Shown: positions 9,601 to 19,405 of the stretch, in pieces
How the letters are laid out: each line of letters begins with the position of its first letter
How positions within the stretch are numbered: the first letter of the stretch is position 1
Source of the DNA: Verrucomicrobiota bacterium
GTDB taxonomy: Bacteria > Verrucomicrobiota > Kiritimatiellia > RFP12 > UBA1067
Direction of reading: 5' to 3'
Length of the DNA: 62,218 bases
Assembly: GCA_022704145.1 (NCBI GenBank)
Contig: JAKJGY010000002.1
Location: 1-62,218, forward strand
Position numbers and translations under genes: made by a program
Notes under the pieces: model-generated
Database searches by the model: none
Told to the model about the DNA's origin: nothing
The model's input: the letters and a program-made list of their open reading frames with translations, nothing else

Positions 9601-11952
9601 GTGCTCTACTACAACGAGCTGCACGTCTCCACCAGCGCCCGCAACAGCCTCGGCCTCTACCGGGTCGACGGCCAGACCAACGCGCTCTGGAGCTTCCAGA
9701 CCGCCGCCGTCGCCACGGTCCGCACGCAGGAGCACGTCACGGTCACGCTGGCCGTGCCGCCCGGCGGCGGCTTCCACGACTACGAACTGGTGCTGCCGTA
9801 CGGCGACGCGGTCGACTTCCAGGGCCTGCAGGTCAACCTGGACGCCCAGTTCCAGACGCCCGCCGCGCGCCCCGCGACGCGCTACCTCGCCTATGGGGAC
9901 TCGGTCACGCACGGCTTCACGGCCAGCGACGTCGGCCGGAGCTACGCCTACCGGGTGGCCGAGCTGCGAAACTGGCAACTGGTCAATATGGGTTACGGCG
10001 GACGCGCCGCCACAGCCTCCGACGGCGCCACCGTGGGCGCGCAGGGCGCGCACGTGATCAGCGTGCTGATCGGCGTCAACGACTGGCAGGGCGGCACTTC
10101 ACTGGCGACGTACAGCAACCGGCTGGACGGCTTCCTCGCGAACCTGCGCGTGCAGCAGCCGACGGCGCCGGTCTACCTGCTGACCCCGCTCTGGGTGGAC
10201 CCGGCCTGGGATCCCGCCGGCGACGTCGAGCCGCTGGAGGCGTACCGGCAGGTTGTGCGCGACGTGGCCGCCGCCCGCGGCGACCCCAACCTCGCGGTCA
10301 TCGAAGGCCCGGCGCTGATCGATCCCGACACCGCCCTTTTCGACGCCGTGCGCGTACATCCGAACGACGCCGGCTTCGCGCAGATGGCGGCCCGGCTGGC
10401 CGCGCTGATGGAGATGGCGGCACCGGCCATGACCAAGACATGGCTCGGCGGCGCGGCGGCCGACTGGGCCGACGCGGCCACATGGACGCCCGTGGGCGCG
10501 CCCCGCGCGATCGACGCGGCGTCGCTCAGCAATTCGGCGACCGCGACGCTTACGGTACGAAGCGGCACCTCCGCAGTCGCCGCCTCGCTGTCGTTCGACA
10601 ACGCGGCCGGCACCGACGCCACGCTCGCGATCGCCGCAGGCGGCAGCCTCGCGGTGAGCGGCGGGATCGGCAAGACCGGCGCGGGCCGGGCGACGGTCAG
10701 CAACCTCACGCTCACGGCCTCCGCCACGGCCGTCGCCGTGACCTCGGTCGGGGACGACGCACGGCTGACGTTCGACGGTGTGAGCGGGCCCGGCGGCCTG
10801 GCCAAGTCCGGTCCCGGCACACTGCGCCTCGCCGGCGCGCTCGCCTACGGCGGCCCGACCGCGGTCGCGGCAGGCACGCTCGACGTCGCGGGCGCGGGCG
10901 TGTCGCTGCTGACCAACGCGGTGACCGGCAGCGGCGTCTTCCGCCACTCCGGCTGCACCACCGTGGTGGACGCGGCGACGGCCAACCTCAACAGTTTCGA
11001 CGGCCCCGTGACTGTGGACGGCGGCACGCTGCAGCACGGCACGCCCAACAACAACCAGCGCCGCGGGCTCTCCCGCGCCTCCTCCTACACTGTCAACTCT
11101 GGCGCCACAATGGTCGCCACGCGCGACGCCATGCGCGACGGCGTGCCCACGGTCCTGAACGGCGGCACCTTCAAGATGCTCAAGGGCTTCCAGTACCTGG
11201 GGCCGCTCACGCTCAACGGCGGGGCGCTCGTGACCGGCCCGGGGCAGGGCGCGCCGTACCAGGCCTTCGCGCTAGGCGGAAACGTCACGGTGACGGGCGG
11301 CCCGCCCTCCGAGATCCGCGCCGAGCCGGGACTCTACAACGGCGTGCACCTGGCCTTCAACGCGGCGGCGGGCTCGCTGCGCACCTTCCGCGTCGAGGAC
11401 GTCACGGCCGACGCGGCGGCGGACCTGACGGTCACGGCGAACCTGCTTGAAAGCTCTCACACGGGTAATCGTGCGGGACTGGTGAAGACCGGTGCGGGCA
11501 TGATGCTGCTGCTGGGCGGCACCAACGCATACGGCGGCGCGACGGTGGTGAGCAACGGCGCGCTGCTGGTCAGCGGCAGCCTGAGCAACTCGGCGGTCAC
11601 GGTCGTCTCGGGCGCGGCCTTCGGCGCGGCGGCGGCGACAGCCTCACGCGTCGCGGCGCTGACGGTGCAGGAGGGCGCCACGGCCGTGTGGCGTTACGAC
11701 GGCGCGGCCGGCGCGTCGGGCCGCATCGACGTGACGGGCGCGCTGGACTTGCCGGCCTCCGCCACGCTCGAGGTGGCCGGCGACGGGTTCCTGCGCTCCG
11801 GGCAGGCGGTGTTCCGGGCGGGCGCGCTGACCGGCGCGACCGACTTGAGCGGCTGGACGCTCACGGGCGTGCCGGACGGCGCGTATCTGGCGGTGGCCGG
11901 CAACGAGGTTTTGCTCTGGATCCGCCGCGGCACGCGGCTTATCCTTCGGTGA
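6638..11952 (+). CDS. Giant secreted multidomain protein (alpha/beta-hydrolase, CBM-like, Ig-like, LamG, SGNH hydrolase, autotransporter-associated PATR repeats), interrupted by a 1-nt frameshift near 6995
   Basis: SD GAGGAG and signal peptide in the ORF annotated 6629-7204; protein-like sequence continues in the 6892-11952 frame. Motifs: GFSLGG; FTVEAFVN..GLIDEFRL; GDSVTHG..GVND..HPND; GGLAKSGPGTLRL and GLVKTGAGMMLL. Ends RRGTRLILR. Confidence 0.75.
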
Positions 11953-12006
11953 GGCCGCTCATGCGCTCAACTGCGGTTAAAGCGGAATTGATTGCATAAT
12001 GTTACA

Positions 12007-12046
12007 TATAGCATCTATCGACAGGCAGGGGCTGAACCGGTAAGAT
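12007..12046 (+). promoter_or_regulatory. Promoter with conserved 19-bp motif overlapping -35 (copy 2)
   Basis: TATAGCATCTATCGACAGG at 12007-12025 (18/19 identical to copy 1); TCGACA-N17-TAAGAT. Confidence 0.6.
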
Positions 12047-12132
12047 GCTGGTGTTTCAGCGGGTTCTCAGGATTGTTCGGGTCGGCCACGTGTCGAAGAA
12101 ACGCGTTGACCGCTGGATAGAAAGTGGGGGCA

Positions 12133-13632
12133 ATGGCGGCAATCGGAAATGCGGATTGGATCGTGATGGGGGTTTATGCGGCGCTGACCGCCGTGCTCGC
12201 CTGGCTGGCGGCACGTCGGCAGAAGAAGGGCGCCGACGACTACTTCACCGGCGGCCATGCGATGAACGGCTTCGCGGTGGGGCTCTCGATCTTCGCGGCG
12301 GCCTTCAGCGCGGCCGCGTTCGTGATGCTGCCGCGCGAGGGCGCCTACCGCAACTGGGGCCTGCTGTCGGTCCTGCTCCTGATCCCGCTCTTGATCACGC
12401 CGCTGCTCTGGCACGTTTTCGTGCCGCTCTACACGCGGCTCGGCATCCGCAGCGTCTACGAGTATCTGGCGATCCGCTTCCACCCGCGCCTGCGGCGACT
12501 GGGAGCCGTGCTCTTCTTCGGCTACGCCTTCGGCTGGCTGGGCAGCATGCTCTACACGCTGGTGCTGATCCTCGATGCTGTGATGGGACTGAGCCAGCCC
12601 CAATTCCTGGCCGCGCTGGTCGGCATCGGCGCGGTGGCGATCCTCTACGCCTGCATCGGCGGGCTCAAGGGCATCATCTGGCTCGACGTGCTCCAGGCCG
12701 TCACGCTGGGCGGCTGCGTGATCGTCATCCTGCTGCTGGCCATCGGCCGCGTGGACGGCGGCCTCACGGCGGTCATCGAGACCGGGCGCGCCCACGGCAA
12801 GTTCGCCCTCGCGGATGTCGCGGCGGGCATCAAAGGCCAGACCAGCGTCTGGTGGGTGCTCGCTCTGGCCCTCTTTGTCTATCTGCCCGGCTACACCACC
12901 TCGCAGGTGACGGTGCAGCGTTACCTCAGCATGTCCGGCCCGAAGGAGCTGCACCGCGCGCTGACGCTCAACGCGCTCGTCGCGACGGCCGTCTACTTCC
13001 TCTTCATGCTGGTCGGCACGGTGATCTTCGTCTACTACCGGCAGACGTCCGGCGCGCTGCCCGCGCTCGCCAGCCAGGATCAGATCCTGCCGCACTTCAT
13101 CGTGCGCGACCTGCGCGTGCCGGGTATTGCGGGCCTGACCTGTGTCGGTCTGCTCGCCGCGGCCCTGAGCACTTTGGAGGGCGGCTTTAACAGCATCGCC
13201 TCGGTCATCACCTTCGACCTGCTCGACCGCCGCCAGACCTCCGTGAGGGCGAACCGCGTGATGACCGCCCTGATCGGTGCGGGTGTGGTCGGCTGCGCGC
13301 TGCTCGCCCCGTATATCGGCAAGAACTTCATCGACCAGATCACCGCCGTTGCCAGCACCTTCCTCGGGTTGCTGCTGGGCGTTTACGTTCTGGGCATGTT
13401 CTCGGCTCGCGCTAACGCGGGCGGCGCGGCTTTCGGGCTGGCGGCCGGAGCCGCAGGCGTGGCCTTCTGCTGGCTCTATCCCGGTATTCCCGCGTGGTGG
13501 TGCGGGGCTTTCGCTTTCACGCCCACGCTTCTGGTCGGCCGTCTCGCGAGCGGGCTCTTCCCGCCGCCGACGGCGGAGCAGCGACGCGGGATCTTTTTCA
13601 CGCAGATCGAGTCTGTAAAGCAACCGGAATAG
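12133..13632 (+). CDS. Sodium:solute symporter (SSS family), probable sugar transporter
   Basis: About 13 hydrophobic helices; DYFTGG, GLSIFAAAFS, SVYEYLAIRF, GGLKGIIWLD, QVTVQRYL, AALSTLEGGFNS. Start 12133 or GTG 12124. Confidence 0.9.
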   Translation: MAAIGNADWIVMGVYAALTAVLAWLAARRQKKGADDYFTGGHAMNGFAVGLSIFAAAFSAAAFVMLPREGAYRNWGLLSVLLLIPLLITPLLWHVFVPLYTRLGIRSVYEYLAIRFHPRLRRLGAVLFFGYAFGWLGSMLYTLVLILDAVMGLSQPQFLAALVGIGAVAILYACIGGLKGIIWLDVLQAVTLGGCVIVILLLAIGRVDGGLTAVIETGRAHGKFALADVAAGIKGQTSVWWVLALALFVYLPGYTTSQVTVQRYLSMSGPKELHRALTLNALVATAVYFLFMLVGTVIFVYYRQTSGALPALASQDQILPHFIVRDLRVPGIAGLTCVGLLAAALSTLEGGFNSIASVITFDLLDRRQTSVRANRVMTALIGAGVVGCALLAPYIGKNFIDQITAVASTFLGLLLGVYVLGMFSARANAGGAAFGLAAGAAGVAFCWLYPGIPAWWCGAFAFTPTLLVGRLASGLFPPPTAEQRRGIFFTQIESVKQPE

Positions 13633-13755
13633 TGGAATGTTGGAATGATGGAATCATGGAATGCTGGCGCGAGAACATGCGGAACAGAGTGTTCCTTGAA
13701 TCGCCCCGTATTCCAATCTTCCACCATTCCAGCAAGCCACTGTTCCATCATTCCA
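13626..13755. repeat. 8-nt-period GGAATnnT tandem/inverted hairpin element, copy A
   Basis: Left arm GGAATAGT GGAATGTT GGAATGAT GGAATCAT GGAATGCT; right arm TATTCCAATCTTCCACCATTCCAGC..TTCCATCATTCCA. Confidence 0.85.
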
Positions 13756-13760
13756 AAGGA

Positions 13761-15227
13761 ATGACAATCGTGCGCATAGAAAGAAGGAAACCGCTGGCCG
13801 CGAAGGTCGGCATCGTGGGTGTCGGGCACCACACCTACTGGGCGCAGTTCGACGGCCTGCTGGACGAGCTGAAGGGCAAGCTGGTCCAGTTCGAGGCGAA
13901 GGTCAGGGCTTGCGGCGTCGAGACCGCGTCCTTCGGTATCCTTGACAAAGCCCAGGACGCCTACGACGCGCTGCCGGAGATGAAGGCCGCCGACCTCGAC
14001 GTGCTCTTCATCGACATGGTCACGTACGCGACCTCGTCCACTTTCGGTGTTCTGGCGCGTGACCTCAACGTGCCGATCGTGCTGGTGGCGTTGCAGCCGC
14101 TCAGGGCGATGCCGTACGCGACGGCCAAGACCTACACGCAGCTCTGCAACGACGACTTCTGCTCGGTGCCGGAGTTTACGGGCGTGGCGATCCGCATGGG
14201 GCGGCCGGTGGCGGATGTGATCCTCGGTGTGCGCGAGGGCGACCCGGCCGCGGACGCCGAGATTGCGCAGTGGTGCCAGCTCGCCAAAGTCCTGCACGAC
14301 CTGCGGCGCGCGCGCATCGGGCTGATGGGCCACGTGCTGGAGTCGATGTACGACATGCACGTCGACCCGACGGCGGTCACGTCCGCCTTCGGCTGCCATG
14401 TGGCGCTCTGCGAGCCGGACGAGATCCTGAAGCATTACCTCGTCGAAGACCGACCGGCCGTCGAGGTGATGAAGGCGCGCATCCTGGCGTTCTTCGACAC
14501 GCCCGACCCGGTCTCCGACCCGATCACCACCAAGCTCACCGAACGTGATCTGGAGGTCGCGGCGAAATCGGCGGTGGCGCTGGAGAGGTTCGTGGCGGAG
14601 CGTAATCTGGACGGGCTGGCCTACTACTACGAGGCGCTGCCCGACACGCCCCTGCGCGAACTCGTGACCAACCTGATCGTAGGCAACTCGCTGCTGACGG
14701 GCGCGGGTTTCCCGATGTGCGGCGAGTACGACCTGAAGAACTGTATCGCCATGATGATCCTGGACCGGCTCGATATCGGCGGCAGCTTCGCGGAGTTCCA
14801 TCCGGTCGATTTCGAGCGCGACACCGTGCTGGTCGGCCACGACGGGCCGCATCATCTGAACATCGCCTCGCGCAAGCCTGTCCTGCGCTCGCTCAAGACT
14901 TACCACGGCAAGCCGGGCAGGGGGGCGGGCGTGGAGTTCAGTATCCAGGAGGGGCCGATCACGATGCTCTCGATCGGCGTGAAGGCCGACGGCAAGCTGA
15001 AGTTCGTGATCGCCGAAGGCGAGTCCCTGGCCGGTCCGATCCCTCCGACCGGCAACACCAACACGCACGGGAAGTTCCTGCCGGACGTGCGCACTTTCCT
15101 CAAGCGCTGGGTCTTGGAGGGGCCGACGCACCATTTCGCGCTGGGTGTGGGGCATCATGCCGACGCGCTGGTCAAGCTCGCGCAGGTGCTGAATATCGAG
15201 TCGGCGGTCGTGACGCCGCAGCGGTAG
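13761..15227 (+). CDS. L-fucose/L-arabinose isomerase-family sugar isomerase
   Basis: N-terminal KVGIVGVG; CGEYDLKNC, SFAEFHP, GHDGP and GPTHHFALG metal-site motifs. Start 13761 or GTG 13770. Confidence 0.8.
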   Translation: MTIVRIERRKPLAAKVGIVGVGHHTYWAQFDGLLDELKGKLVQFEAKVRACGVETASFGILDKAQDAYDALPEMKAADLDVLFIDMVTYATSSTFGVLARDLNVPIVLVALQPLRAMPYATAKTYTQLCNDDFCSVPEFTGVAIRMGRPVADVILGVREGDPAADAEIAQWCQLAKVLHDLRRARIGLMGHVLESMYDMHVDPTAVTSAFGCHVALCEPDEILKHYLVEDRPAVEVMKARILAFFDTPDPVSDPITTKLTERDLEVAAKSAVALERFVAERNLDGLAYYYEALPDTPLRELVTNLIVGNSLLTGAGFPMCGEYDLKNCIAMMILDRLDIGGSFAEFHPVDFERDTVLVGHDGPHHLNIASRKPVLRSLKTYHGKPGRGAGVEFSIQEGPITMLSIGVKADGKLKFVIAEGESLAGPIPPTGNTNTHGKFLPDVRTFLKRWVLEGPTHHFALGVGHHADALVKLAQVLNIESAVVTPQR

Positions 15228-15257
15228 GGGGAGGGTGATGCCGGCCGGCGCCGTGCC

Positions 15258-15292
15258 TTGACCGGTACGGGGCCGTGCGTTAACATGGGCGC
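15258..15292 (+). promoter_or_regulatory. Sigma70-like promoter, probable leaderless transcript
   Basis: TTGACC-N17-TAACAT, then 6 nt, then ATG 15293; no SD. Confidence 0.55.
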
Positions 15293-17671
15293 ATGAAATG
15301 GATAATCGGTGCCCTGGCCTGTGTGTTCGCCGCGTCTTGGGCGCGCTGCGCTTCGCTGGAGATTGACAACCGTCCTGCTCAGGCGGACGAGTGGGGGTAT
15401 CGGCCGGCCGACGGTTCGGCCGCCGTGATGAACCCGCCCTCCCTGACGTGGATCCACGATAAGCGCGCCTCCTCGTACGACGTGCAATGGGCGCGCACGC
15501 CGGATTTCGCCGAGGCGCAGACCGCGCGGAACGTGCCGTGGTGCGTCTATACCCACTCTGAAGTCTGGCCTGCGGGCAAATGGCACTGGCGTTACCGGCT
15601 CAAGACCGCCAAGGGCGAGGTGTCCGGCTGGAGTGCCGCGCGTTCCGTGACGGTGCCGGCGGAGGCGATCGCCTTCCCGATGCCCACGCGCGCCCAGCAG
15701 CGCGAGCGTCTGCCTGCCGGGCGGCCGCGCCTGTTCCTGCGGCCGGAGGACTTGCCGCGTCTGCGTGCGGCGGCCGCTGCGCCCGGTAAGGCGGGCGACC
15801 TCTTTAAGGAGCTGAGGAGGCAGGCGGACAAGCTGATCGCGGCCGGCCCGACGGCCGAGCCCAAGGTGCGCGGTTCGGCGCGTAACAAGGAAGACGATGT
15901 GGCGGTCGAGCATTGGTGGCCGAACCGCGAGACCTCGGATCGTGCCGGCCAGGAGGCCGAGACCCTCGCGTTCGTCTGGCTCATCACGCGGGAGCCCAAA
16001 TACGGCGAGGCTGCCCGGGCCTTCATCATGGCCCTTGCGCGCTGGGATCCTGACGGGCCGAGCAATTTCGCGCTCAACTGTGAGGCGGGCAAGGCGTTGC
16101 TCTACCATCCGGTGCGCGCCTATGACTGGGCCTATGACACGCTGAGCGAGGAGGACCGCGCCTTCTTCCGCGCGCGTTGGCAGCGCCGGGCGGGCGACGC
16201 CTGGAAGAGCGGCGAGGTAGGGCTGGGCAACGGTCATCTGACGCGCCCGTACAATAGCCACGGCAACCGGATCTGGCATAAGCTTGCGGAGGTCGGCATC
16301 GCGCTGTACGGCGAGGTGCCCGAGGCCGAGACGTGGCTGGACTATGCGGTCAACAAGTTTTACGCCGCCTATCCCGTCTGGTCGGACGATGACGGAGGCT
16401 GGCATGAGGGCGCGAGTTACCTGACCGGATATATGACGAAAGTCACCACCTGGATGCAGGTCGCGCATAGCGCGCTCGGGATCGACGGCCTGAAAAAGCC
16501 GTTCTTTTCCGAGATCGGAAATATCCCGCTCTACGTCGTGCCGCCGAACACACCCTCCTCCGGCTTCGGCGACCTCTCCCACCGTCCTGTCAGTTGCGGG
16601 TTCCTGCATTATTTCGCGCGGATGAAGGGGGCCGAACCGGCCGGGGCGGCGGCCGCCTCGCATTGGGCGTGGTGGCTGGAGCAGACCCGCACGGGCGCGC
16701 CGGGAGGCTGGACCGGCTTCCTATATGCGGCTAACCTGCCGCCGTTGCCTGCCGCCGTGCCGCCGACCGCCTGGCCGCAGTCCAAGATCTTCCGCGGCAC
16801 GGGTGTCGCGAGTCTGCACGCCACGCTCGCGGACAGCCGTCAGGACGTGCATCTGCTGTTCAAGGCTGACCCTTTCGGGACGCAGAGCCATGGCCATAAC
16901 GCGCAGCTCGGGCTCCAGCTTAACGCCTATGGCGAATGCCTGCTGCCTGCCTGCACCTACCGCGACCTGCACGGCAGCAAGTTTCACTATCAGTGGTGCC
17001 ACGCCACCCGGTCCCAGAACGCCGTGCTGGTCAACGGGGCGGGGCAGCGCACGCACTCCTCGCTCTCGTCCGGGCGTATCCTGGACGCGCGGCTCACGCC
17101 GGAATGGGACTATGTGCGCGGCGAGGCCACGGCGGCCTACACGGGGCTGGTCACGCGGGCTGAACGCGCGATCCTTTTCGTGAAGCCGGACGTCATCGTG
17201 CTGTTTGACGATTTCGAGGCCCCCCGGCCCGCGACCTTCCAGTTCCTGTTTCACGCGAACAGCCCGTTTACGCTGGACGAGGGCGCCCAGACGCTGCGCC
17301 TTGACCAGAAGAGCGCGGGTCTGGCCATGAAGGTGCTTGCGCCGCAGCCTGTGGCGCTGGCACAGACGGACGGTTATGCGCCGCCTCCCAAGATGCGTAA
17401 CGGCCGTTCGCCTTTCCCGAACATGTGGCACGCTGAGGCGGCCCTGAGGCGTCCGGCATTGACGAGCGACACCCTGACCGTTCTCGTGCCTTACCGTGCG
17501 GGTCAGGCCGAGGTGTGGACGGCCGAGCGCGTCGACACCGCCACCGCCTGCGGCGTGCGCCTGACGCGCGGGGGCAAGAGCCTCGGCGTGGCGTTCCGCA
17601 AGTATGGCGTTACGGCGGCGGAGTGGGGCGGTAAGGCCTTTGACGGCCCCGTCGCGGTCTCAGGCCTGTGA
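15293..17671 (+). CDS. Secreted DUF4962 + heparinase II/III-like polysaccharide lyase (PL15-like architecture)
   Basis: Signal peptide; N-terminal RPADG..NPPSLTW..YTHSE..GKWHWRY; NSHGN; WHEGASY; FGD; SHGHNAQ; HATRSQNAVLVNG. Confidence 0.75.
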   Translation: MKWIIGALACVFAASWARCASLEIDNRPAQADEWGYRPADGSAAVMNPPSLTWIHDKRASSYDVQWARTPDFAEAQTARNVPWCVYTHSEVWPAGKWHWRYRLKTAKGEVSGWSAARSVTVPAEAIAFPMPTRAQQRERLPAGRPRLFLRPEDLPRLRAAAAAPGKAGDLFKELRRQADKLIAAGPTAEPKVRGSARNKEDDVAVEHWWPNRETSDRAGQEAETLAFVWLITREPKYGEAARAFIMALARWDPDGPSNFALNCEAGKALLYHPVRAYDWAYDTLSEEDRAFFRARWQRRAGDAWKSGEVGLGNGHLTRPYNSHGNRIWHKLAEVGIALYGEVPEAETWLDYAVNKFYAAYPVWSDDDGGWHEGASYLTGYMTKVTTWMQVAHSALGIDGLKKPFFSEIGNIPLYVVPPNTPSSGFGDLSHRPVSCGFLHYFARMKGAEPAGAAAASHWAWWLEQTRTGAPGGWTGFLYAANLPPLPAAVPPTAWPQSKIFRGTGVASLHATLADSRQDVHLLFKADPFGTQSHGHNAQLGLQLNAYGECLLPACTYRDLHGSKFHYQWCHATRSQNAVLVNGAGQRTHSSLSSGRILDARLTPEWDYVRGEATAAYTGLVTRAERAILFVKPDVIVLFDDFEAPRPATFQFLFHANSPFTLDEGAQTLRLDQKSAGLAMKVLAPQPVALAQTDGYAPPPKMRNGRSPFPNMWHAEAALRRPALTSDTLTVLVPYRAGQAEVWTAERVDTATACGVRLTRGGKSLGVAFRKYGVTAAEWGGKAFDGPVAVSGL

Positions 17672-17798
17672 GTGGCGGGCGCGCGCGCCGCTGTCTCGGC
17701 GCCGAGAAATGGGTCTTTGTGGGAGCGGTGGGGCGTGCTATACTTCTCCCGTTTCGTGCCCTGCGGGGCACGTCGTGAGGCGGAGCGGGACGAGGGGT

Positions 17799-19394
17799 AT
17801 GCGGACTGAGACCTGTGATTATTTTGTGATCGGCAGCGGAATCGCCGGCCTGATGAGCGCGCTGTATCTGGCGCCGCACGGGCGGGTGCTGCTGGTGACC
17901 AAGAAACGGCTGGACGATTGTAACACCAATCGTGCGCAGGGCGGGATCGCCTGCGTGATGGGCGAAGGCGACACGTTCGAGCAGCACGTGTCCGACACCC
18001 TGGTGGCGGGTGCGGGCCTGTGCGACGAGGAGGTCGTGCGGGCGGTGATCGCGGGCGGCCCGGCGCGGATTGAGGATCTGGTGCGGATGGGGGTCTCGTT
18101 TAACCCGCGCACCGATGGCGCGCCGGGGTTCGACCTCGGGCGTGAGGGCGGCCACTCGCAGCGCCGCGTGCTGCACGCTGGCGACATCACCGGGCAGCGT
18201 GTGGAGTCGGTGCTGGTGGAGCGGGTGCTGGCGCATCCCAACATCCAGGCGGTCGAGCACACGATGGTGATCGACCTCATCACGACCGGCTGGCTCAAGC
18301 GCCCCGGCGTGAACCGCTGTGTCGGCGCCTATGTGCTCAGCCCGCTCACCGGTGAGATTTCCGCAGTGCGGGCGCCGTGTACGATCCTGGCTACGGGAGG
18401 CTGCGGCAAGGCGTACCTGTACACGTGCAATCCGGATATCGCGACCGGCGACGGCGTGGCGCTGGCCTGGCGGGCGGGCGCGGAGATCGCGAACATGGAG
18501 TTTATCCAGTTCCATCCCACCTGCCTGTACCACCCGCAGGCCAAGCGCTTCCTGATCAGCGAGGCGGTGCGCGGGGAGGGGGCGGAGCTGGTCGACGCCG
18601 AGGGCCGGCCGTTTATGCGCAAGTATGATCCGCGCGGCGCGTTGGCGCCTCGCGACGTGGTGGCGCGGGCGATCGACTCCGAGATGAAGCGTACCGGCGC
18701 GCCCTACTGCTGCCTGGATATCCGGCACAAGCCGGCCTCGTTCCTCAAGGAGCGTTTCCCCACGATTTATGAGACCTGCTTCAAGTTCGGGCTGGATCTG
18801 GCGCGCGACCTGATCCCGATCGTGCCCTCGGCGCACTACTGCTGCGGCGGGGTGCGCGCGCGCCTCGACGGGGTGACCTCGCTGCCCGGGCTTTACGCGG
18901 TGGGCGAGACCGCCTGCACCGGGCTTCACGGCGCCAACCGGCTGGCGAGCAACTCGCTGCTGGAGGCGCTGGTCTGCGCGTATGAGACGGCGGGCCGGCT
19001 GGTGAACGAGCCGCAGTCGCTGCCGGACGGGCTGCGGATCCCGGACTGGGAGTACGGCACGGCGGTGGCGAGCGACGAGGCGGTGATGGTGGCGCATAAC
19101 TGGATGGAGGTGCGCACCTGCATGTGGGACTACGTGGGGATCGTGCGGACCGACAAGCGGCTGGCGCGCGCGCGGCGGCGCATCCGTAACCTGCGGCGCG
19201 AGATCCGCGAGTATTACTTCGACTATCTGGTGACGGCCGACACGCTGGAGCTGCGCAATCTGGCGCTGGTGGCGGAGCTGATCGTCCGCAGCGCCATGCG
19301 GCGCAAGGAGAGCCGCGGGCTGCACTACACGCTGGATCATCCCGAGACACGCCGGCGCGCGCTGGACACGCGGCTGCCGGGGCGTGCGCGCTGA
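17799..19394 (+). CDS. nadB: L-aspartate oxidase
   Basis: FAD motif IGSGIAG, NTNRAQGGIA, REGGHSQRRVLH, EFIQFHPT, AHYCCGG, GLHGANRLASNSLLE, ESRGLHY. Confidence 0.95.
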   Translation: MRTETCDYFVIGSGIAGLMSALYLAPHGRVLLVTKKRLDDCNTNRAQGGIACVMGEGDTFEQHVSDTLVAGAGLCDEEVVRAVIAGGPARIEDLVRMGVSFNPRTDGAPGFDLGREGGHSQRRVLHAGDITGQRVESVLVERVLAHPNIQAVEHTMVIDLITTGWLKRPGVNRCVGAYVLSPLTGEISAVRAPCTILATGGCGKAYLYTCNPDIATGDGVALAWRAGAEIANMEFIQFHPTCLYHPQAKRFLISEAVRGEGAELVDAEGRPFMRKYDPRGALAPRDVVARAIDSEMKRTGAPYCCLDIRHKPASFLKERFPTIYETCFKFGLDLARDLIPIVPSAHYCCGGVRARLDGVTSLPGLYAVGETACTGLHGANRLASNSLLEALVCAYETAGRLVNEPQSLPDGLRIPDWEYGTAVASDEAVMVAHNWMEVRTCMWDYVGIVRTDKRLARARRRIRNLRREIREYYFDYLVTADTLELRNLALVAELIVRSAMRRKESRGLHYTLDHPETRRRALDTRLPGRAR

Positions 19395-19405
19395 GGGGAC
19401 GTGCG

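Noticed and set aside
12047-12132. Possible structured 5' UTR (CAGCGG...CCGCTG) before the SSS gene
   Set aside because: Only a 6-bp pairing in GC-rich DNA; no recognisable riboswitch consensus.
13626-13755. GGAAT arrays as CRISPR or telomere-like repeats
   Set aside because: No constant repeat with unique spacers and no cas genes. Units are degenerate 8-mers arranged as inverted arms.
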